DNA from: Escherichia coli
Lineage (GTDB): Bacteria; Pseudomonadota; Gammaproteobacteria; Enterobacterales; Enterobacteriaceae
Assembly: GCF_046105845.1 (NCBI RefSeq)
Contig: NZ_CP151004.1
Direction: 5' to 3' (one strand)
Length of the DNA stretch: 64,000 bases
Below the pieces are notes generated by a model. The model saw nothing but the letters and a program-made list of their open reading frames with translations, ran no database searches and was not told where the DNA came from. Positions 57,689 through 64,000 of this stretch are shown here, one piece after another; the stretch's first letter is position 1; each line of letters opens with the position of its first letter. Both the position numbers and the translations under genes were made by a program.

Positions 57689-58120
57689 ATGGCTATTGAA
57701 CGTACTTTTTCCATCATCAAACCGAACGCGGTAGCAAAAAACGTCATTGGTAATATCTTTGCGCGCTTTGAAGCTGCAGGGTTCAAAATTGTCGGCACCA
57801 AAATGCTGCACCTGACCGTTGAACAGGCTCGTGGCTTTTATGCTGAACACGATGGAAAACCGTTCTTTGATGGTCTGGTTGAATTCATGACCTCTGGCCC
57901 GATCGTGGTTTCCGTGCTGGAAGGTGAAAACGCCGTTCAGCGTCACCGCGATCTGCTGGGCGCGACCAATCCGGCAAATGCACTGGCCGGTACTCTGCGC
58001 GCTGATTACGCTGACAGCCTGACCGAAAACGGTACCCACGGTTCTGATTCCGTCGAATCTGCCGCTCGCGAAATCGCTTATTTCTTCGGCGAAGGCGAAG
58101 TGTGCCCGCGCACCCGTTAA
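57689..58120 (+). CDS. ndk: Nucleoside diphosphate kinase
   Basis: 143 aa [36 protein letters not shown]... with active-site NGTHGSDS. Confidence 0.96.
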
Positions 58121-58269
58121 TAATTTCGTAAATGCCGCGTGCAAACGTGGCATCCATGCGCCAGAATTTGTACAATGCAGCGCCCCCGGACGAGCAGCCG
58201 CTCACCGGGGCGTTTCTTTTTTCAACCCTCCAGGGGCCATAACGTGTAATAACGAGGCCGGAATAGCAT

Positions 58270-59424
58270 ATGTCTGAACAATTAGTCACACCTGAAAACG
58301 TCACCACGAAAGATGGAAAAATCAACCTGCTGGATCTCAACCGTCAGCAGATGCGGGAGTTTTTTAAAGATTTAGGTGAAAAACCCTTCCGCGCCGATCA
58401 GGTGATGAAGTGGATGTATCACTATTGCTGCGACAACTTTGATGAGATGACCGACATCAATAAAGTGTTGCGCGGCAAACTGAAAGAGGTGGCGGAAATC
58501 CGTGCACCGGAAGTGGTTGAAGAACAGCGTTCATCTGACGGCACCATTAAATGGGCGATCGCCGTTGGCGATCAGCGCGTTGAAACGGTGTATATCCCGG
58601 AAGACGACCGTGCCACGCTCTGCGTCTCTTCGCAGGTAGGGTGTGCGCTGGAGTGTAAATTCTGTTCCACCGCCCAGCAGGGCTTTAACCGCAACCTGCG
58701 GGTATCGGAAATTATCGGCCAGGTGTGGCGTGCGGCGAAAATTGTCGGCGCAGCAAAAGTCACCGGTCAGCGCCCAATCACTAACGTAGTGATGATGGGC
58801 ATGGGCGAGCCGCTGCTCAACCTGAACAATGTCGTTCCGGCGATGGAAATCATGTTGGATGACTTTGGCTTTGGTCTGTCTAAACGTCGCGTGACGCTTT
58901 CCACTTCCGGTGTAGTTCCGGCGCTGGATAAACTGGGCGATATGATCGACGTTGCACTGGCAATTTCCCTGCACGCGCCGAACGATGAAATTCGTGACGA
59001 AATTGTGCCGATCAACAAAAAGTACAATATCGAAACGTTCCTTGCTGCGGTGCGCCGTTATCTGGAGAAATCCAACGCCAATCAGGGCCGAGTCACTATT
59101 GAATACGTGATGCTTGACCACGTTAACGACGGCACTGAACACGCGCACCAACTGGCGGAGCTACTGAAAGATACGCCGTGTAAGATCAACCTGATCCCGT
59201 GGAACCCGTTCCCTGGCGCGCCGTATGGACGCAGTTCGAACAGCCGTATCGACCGTTTCTCAAAAGTGCTGATGAGCTACGGTTTCACCACTATTGTGCG
59301 TAAAACTCGTGGTGATGATATCGATGCTGCCTGTGGACAGTTGGCGGGCGATGTTATCGACCGTACGAAACGTACTCTGCGTAAACGGATGCAGGGTGAA
59401 GCCATCGACATTAAAGCGGTCTGA
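58270..59424 (+). CDS. rlmN: Radical-SAM rRNA/tRNA adenine-C2 methyltransferase RlmN
   Basis: 384 aa; radical-SAM CxxxCxxC motif (CALECKFC). Confidence 0.95.
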
Positions 59425-59429
59425 TAGCC

Positions 59430-59470
59430 ATTACGCCACGGTTACTTTATGTACCGTGGCGTAATCTTTT
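59430..59470 (+). terminator. Intrinsic terminator after rlmN
   Basis: attacgccacggt ... accgtggcgtaat: 13-bp stem followed by cttttat. Confidence 0.55.
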
Positions 59471-59708
59471 ATGAATGAAGTATTAAGTTGCAATTGTCTG
59501 GTCAATATTAACGGTGCGTTTTTGCTGACTTTAAGGCAGTATGTAACGATGCAACAGTAAGTTAGCCTTAGTGAATGTGGGCTTTGTCACGAGCACACAG
59601 ACGGTCTTATACTGTATGATAACGGTTAACTTAACGGATGTTTCGCGGTGTGGGTGAGCATGATGGTTCACCGGCATCTCAATTCTCATTTAAACGTACC
59701 TGCAGCGA

Positions 59709-60722
59709 ATGAATACTGAAGCCACGCACGACCAAAATGAAGCACTTACTACCGGCGCTCGCCTGCGTAATGCTCGCGAACAACTAGGACTTAGTCAGCA
59801 GGCCGTTGCCGAGCGACTTTGCCTGAAGGTTTCCACGGTACGCGACATTGAAGAAGATAAGGCACCCGCCGATCTTGCTTCAACATTCCTGCGCGGATAT
59901 ATCCGCTCTTATGCGCGTCTGGTACATATTCCAGAAGAAGAACTGCTGCCAGGGCTGGAAAAGCAGGCTCCACTACGGGCTGCAAAAGTTGCGCCGATGC
60001 AGAGTTTTTCCCTCGGTAAACGCCGCAAAAAACGCGACGGCTGGCTGATGACCTTCACCTGGCTGGTGTTGTTTGTTGTCATTGGCCTGAGCGGTGCCTG
60101 GTGGTGGCAAGACCACAAAGCTCAGCAGGAAGAGATCACCACTATGGCCGATCAATCTTCGGCGGAACTGAGCAGTAATAGCGAGCAGGGGCAGAGTGTT
60201 CCGTTAAATACGTCGACAACTACAGACCCGGCTACAACGTCCACGCCGCCAGCGTCTGTGGATACTACCGCAACCAACACGCAAACACCTGCCGTAACTG
60301 CGCCAGCACCAGCTGTTGATCCGCAACAGAATGCGGTTGTTTCACCTTCACAGGCAAATGTTGATACTGCTGCGACCCCGGCACCAACGGCAACAATAAC
60401 GCCAGATGGTGCTGCGCCGTTGCCAACCGATCAGGCAGGCGTGACTACGCCGGCGGCTGATCCGAATGCGCTGGTGATGAACTTTACTGCCGATTGCTGG
60501 CTGGAGGTCACTGATGCTACCGGTAAAAAACTGTTTAGCGGGATGCAGCGTAAAGACGGTAATTTGAATTTAACCGGCCAGGCACCGTATAAACTGAAAA
60601 TTGGTGCGCCAGCCGCAGTACAGATCCAGTATCAAGGGAAACCTGTCGATCTGAGTCGTTTTATCAGAACTAACCAGGTTGCGCGTCTGACCCTCAATGC
60701 CGAACAATCACCGGCGCAGTAA
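59709..60722 (+). CDS. rodZ: Cytoskeleton protein RodZ (HTH, transmembrane segment, periplasmic domain)
   Basis: 337 aa [37 protein letters not shown]... with an HTH, one transmembrane helix ([21 protein letters not shown]) and a Thr/Pro/Ala-rich linker. Confidence 0.93.
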   Translation: MNTEATHDQNEALTTGARLRNAREQLGLSQQAVAERLCLKVSTVRDIEEDKAPADLASTFLRGYIRSYARLVHIPEEELLPGLEKQAPLRAAKVAPMQSFSLGKRRKKRDGWLMTFTWLVLFVVIGLSGAWWWQDHKAQQEEITTMADQSSAELSSNSEQGQSVPLNTSTTTDPATTSTPPASVDTTATNTQTPAVTAPAPAVDPQQNAVVSPSQANVDTAATPAPTATITPDGAAPLPTDQAGVTTPAADPNALVMNFTADCWLEVTDATGKKLFSGMQRKDGNLNLTGQAPYKLKIGAPAAVQIQYQGKPVDLSRFIRTNQVARLTLNAEQSPAQ

Positions 60723-60748
60723 CAGACGGGTAACGCGGGAGATTTTTC

Positions 60749-61867
60749 ATGCATAACCAGGCTCCAATTCAACGTAGAAAATCAACACGTATTTACGTTG
60801 GGAATGTGCCGATTGGCGATGGTGCTCCCATCGCCGTACAGTCCATGACCAATACGCGCACGACAGACGTCGAAGCAACGGTCAATCAAATCAAGGCGTT
60901 GGAACGTGTTGGCGCTGATATCGTCCGTGTCTCCGTACCGACGATGGACGCGGCAGAAGCGTTCAAACTCATCAAACAGCAGGTTAACGTGCCGCTGGTG
61001 GCTGACATCCATTTCGACTATCGCATTGCGCTGAAAGTAGCGGAATACGGCGTCGATTGTCTGCGTATTAACCCTGGCAATATCGGTAATGAAGAGCGTA
61101 TTCGCATGGTGGTTGACTGTGCGCGCGATAAAAACATTCCGATCCGTATTGGCGTTAACGCCGGATCGCTGGAAAAAGATCTGCAAGAAAAGTATGGCGA
61201 ACCGACGCCGCAGGCGTTGCTGGAATCCGCCATGCGTCATGTTGATCATCTCGATCGCCTGAACTTCGATCAGTTCAAAGTCAGCGTGAAAGCGTCAGAC
61301 GTCTTCCTCGCTGTTGAGTCTTATCGTTTGCTGGCAAAACAGATCGATCAGCCGCTGCATCTGGGGATCACCGAAGCGGGTGGTGCGCGCAGCGGGGCGG
61401 TTAAATCCGCCATTGGTTTAGGTCTGCTGCTGTCTGAAGGCATCGGCGACACGCTGCGCGTATCGCTGGCGGCCGATCCGGTCGAAGAGATCAAAGTCGG
61501 TTTCGATATTTTGAAATCGCTGCGTATCCGTTCGCGAGGGATCAACTTCATCGCCTGCCCGACCTGTTCGCGTCAGGAATTTGATGTTATCGGTACGGTT
61601 AACGCGCTGGAGCAACGCCTGGAAGATATCATCACTCCAATGGACGTTTCGATTATCGGCTGCGTGGTGAATGGCCCAGGTGAGGCGCTGGTTTCTACAC
61701 TCGGCGTCACCGGCGGCAACAAGAAAAGCGGCCTCTATGAAGATGGCGTGCGCAAAGACCGTCTGGACAACAACGATATGATCGACCAGCTGGAAGCACG
61801 CATTCGTGCGAAAGCCAGTCAGCTGGACGAAGCGCGTCGAATTGACGTTCAGCAGGTTGAAAAATAA
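60749..61867 (+). CDS. ispG: 4-hydroxy-3-methylbut-2-en-1-yl diphosphate synthase
   Basis: 372 aa [36 protein letters not shown]... with cluster cysteines (FIACPTCSR ... GCVVNGPGE). Confidence 0.96.
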
Positions 61868-61977
61868 TAACGTGATGGGAAGCGCCTCGCTTCCCGTGTA
61901 TGATTGAACCCGCATGGCTCCCGAAACATTGAGGGAAGCGTTGAGGGTTCATTTTTATATTCAGAAAGAGAATAAAC

Positions 61978-63252
61978 GTGGCAAAAAACATTCAAGCCAT
62001 TCGCGGCATGAACGATTACCTGCCTGGCGAAACGGCCATCTGGCAGCGCATTGAAGGCACACTGAAAAACGTGCTCGGCAGCTACGGTTACAGTGAAATC
62101 CGCTTGCCGATTGTAGAGCAGACCCCGCTATTCAAACGTGCGATTGGTGAAGTCACCGACGTGGTTGAAAAAGAGATGTACACCTTTGAGGATCGCAATG
62201 GCGACAGCCTGACTCTGCGCCCTGAAGGGACGGCGGGCTGTGTACGCGCCGGCATCGAGCATGGTCTTCTGTACAATCAGGAACAGCGTCTGTGGTATAT
62301 CGGGCCGATGTTCCGTCACGAGCGTCCGCAGAAAGGACGTTATCGTCAGTTCCATCAGTTGGGCTGCGAAGTTTTCGGTCTGCAAGGTCCGGATATCGAC
62401 GCTGAACTGATTATGCTCACTGCCCGCTGGTGGCGCGCGCTGGGTATTTCCGAGCACGTAACACTTGAGCTGAACTCTATCGGTTCGCTGGAAGCTCGTG
62501 CGAATTACCGCGATGCGCTGGTGGCATTCCTTGAGCAGCATAAAGAAAAGCTGGACGAAGACTGCAAACGCCGCATGTACACTAACCCGCTGCGCGTGCT
62601 GGATTCAAAAAATCCGGAAGTGCAGGCGCTTCTCAACGATGCTCCGGCATTAGGCGATTATCTGGACGAGGAATCTCGTGAGCATTTTGCCGGTCTGTGC
62701 AAACTGCTTGAGAGCGCGGGGATCGCTTACACCGTAAACCAGCGTCTGGTGCGTGGTCTGGATTACTATAACCGTACCGTTTTCGAGTGGGTGACTAACA
62801 GCCTCGGCTCTCAGGGCACCGTGTGTGCAGGCGGTCGTTATGACGGTCTGGTGGAACAACTGGGCGGTCGTGCAACACCGGCTGTCGGTTTTGCGATGGG
62901 CCTCGAACGTCTTGTATTGTTAGTACAGGCCGTTAATCCGGAATTTAAAGCCGATCCTGTTGTCGATATATACCTGGTGGCTTCAGGTGCTGATACACAA
63001 TCTGCGGCTATGGCATTAGCAGAGCGTCTGCGTGATGAATTACCGGGCGTGAAACTGATGACCAACCACGGCGGCGGCAACTTTAAGAAACAGTTTGCCC
63101 GTGCTGATAAATGGGGTGCCCGCGTTGCTGTGGTGCTGGGTGAGTCTGAAGTGGCTAACGGCACAGCAGTAGTGAAGGATTTGCGCTCTGGTGAGCAAAC
63201 GGCAGTCGCGCAGGATAGCGTAGCCGCGCATTTGCGCACGTTACTGGGTTAA
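61978..63252 (+). CDS. hisS: Histidine--tRNA ligase
   Basis: 424 aa [49 protein letters not shown]... with class II synthetase motifs. Confidence 0.96.
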
Positions 63253-63269
63253 GGAAGGAGAAGGACAGC

Positions 63270-63890
63270 GTGGAAATTTACGAGAACGAAAACGACCAGG
63301 TTGAAGCGGTTAAACGCTTTTTTGCTGAAAATGGCAAAGCACTGGCTGTTGGGGTGATTTTGGGCGTTGGTGCACTGATTGGCTGGCGCTACTGGAACAG
63401 CCATCAGGTTGATTCTGCACGCTCCGCTTCTCTTGCCTATCAAAATGCGGTTACCGCAGTGAGCGAAGGCAAACCGGATAGCATTCCGGCGGCGGAAAAA
63501 TTTGCTGCTGAAAATAAAAATACTTATGGTGCGCTGGCTTCTTTGGAACTTGCGCAGCAATTTGTTGACAAAAATGAACTAGAGAAAGCTGCCGCCCAGT
63601 TACAACAGGGGCTGGCAGACACGAGCGATGAAAATCTCAAAGCCGTGATAAATCTGCGTCTTGCTCGCGTTCAGGTTCAGCTCAAGCAGGCTGATGCCGC
63701 GCTGAAAACCCTTGATACCATCAAAGGTGAAGGGTGGGCTGCCATTGTTGCCGACCTGCGTGGTGAAGCATTGCTGAGCAAAGGTGATAAGCAAGGTGCG
63801 CGTAGTGCATGGGAAGCAGGCGTGAAAAGCGATGTTACCCCGGCACTGAGCGAAATGATGCAGATGAAAATTAATAATTTGTCCATCTGA
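63270..63890 (+). CDS. yfgM: Membrane-anchored TPR-like protein YfgM
   Basis: 206 aa, GTG start; MEIYENENDQVEAVKRFFAENGKALAVGVILGVGALIGWRYW...; single transmembrane segment. Confidence 0.9.
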   Translation: MEIYENENDQVEAVKRFFAENGKALAVGVILGVGALIGWRYWNSHQVDSARSASLAYQNAVTAVSEGKPDSIPAAEKFAAENKNTYGALASLELAQQFVDKNELEKAAAQLQQGLADTSDENLKAVINLRLARVQVQLKQADAALKTLDTIKGEGWAAIVADLRGEALLSKGDKQGARSAWEAGVKSDVTPALSEMMQMKINNLSI

Positions 63891-63900
63891 GAGGGACCCG

Positions 63901-64000
63901 ATGCAATTGCGTAAATTACTGCTGCCAGGACTGCTTTCCGTTACCCTTTTAAGCGGCTGTTCGCTGTTTAACAGCGAAGAAGATGTGGTAAAGATGTCCC
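63901..64000 (+). CDS. bamB: Outer membrane protein assembly factor BamB, N-terminal part (3' end outside the window)
   Basis: MQLRKLLLPGLLSVTLLSGCSLFNSEEDVVKMS: lipoprotein signal with lipobox LSGC; expected position downstream of yfgM. Confidence 0.9.
   Translation, partial: MQLRKLLLPGLLSVTLLSGCSLFNSEEDVVKMS

Noticed and set aside
60130-60480. Thr/Pro/Ala-rich low-complexity stretch inside rodZ
   Set aside because: It is a compositionally biased periplasmic linker within a recognised protein, not an independent repeat element or mobile sequence.

Overview
This window reads as a core enterobacterial chromosome segment, with gene content and order matching Escherichia coli K-12 from era to bamB (era-recO-pdxJ-acpS ... 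purL ... hca operon ... isc operon ... yfhM-pbpC ... hisS-yfgM-bamB). All identifications come from reading the six-frame translations and the nucleotide sequence and recognising them from memory; no database search was run. I count about 57 protein-coding genes, nearly all with recognisable products. I found no rRNA, tRNA, CRISPR array, IS element, integrase or prophage remnant. The non-coding content is: the sigma54-dependent sRNA glmY upstream of glrK-qseG-glrR; the shoB small toxin with a candidate ohsC antisense sRNA; a ryfA/timP-like small-toxin locus with two tandem sRNA-like units between sseB and sseA; one ERIC element; several REP elements; and a few recognisable operator sites (PurR, NsrR, IscR, GlrR-type). 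I do not see a convincingly novel system. The parts most worth a second look are the sseB-sseA intergenic toxin/sRNA cluster, the shoB-ohsC locus, the orphan yphA-H sugar-utilisation cluster, and the yfhM-pbpC pair. Several ORF-track starts are 5'-extended and have been replaced by internal starts with better ribosome-binding sites and expected protein lengths.
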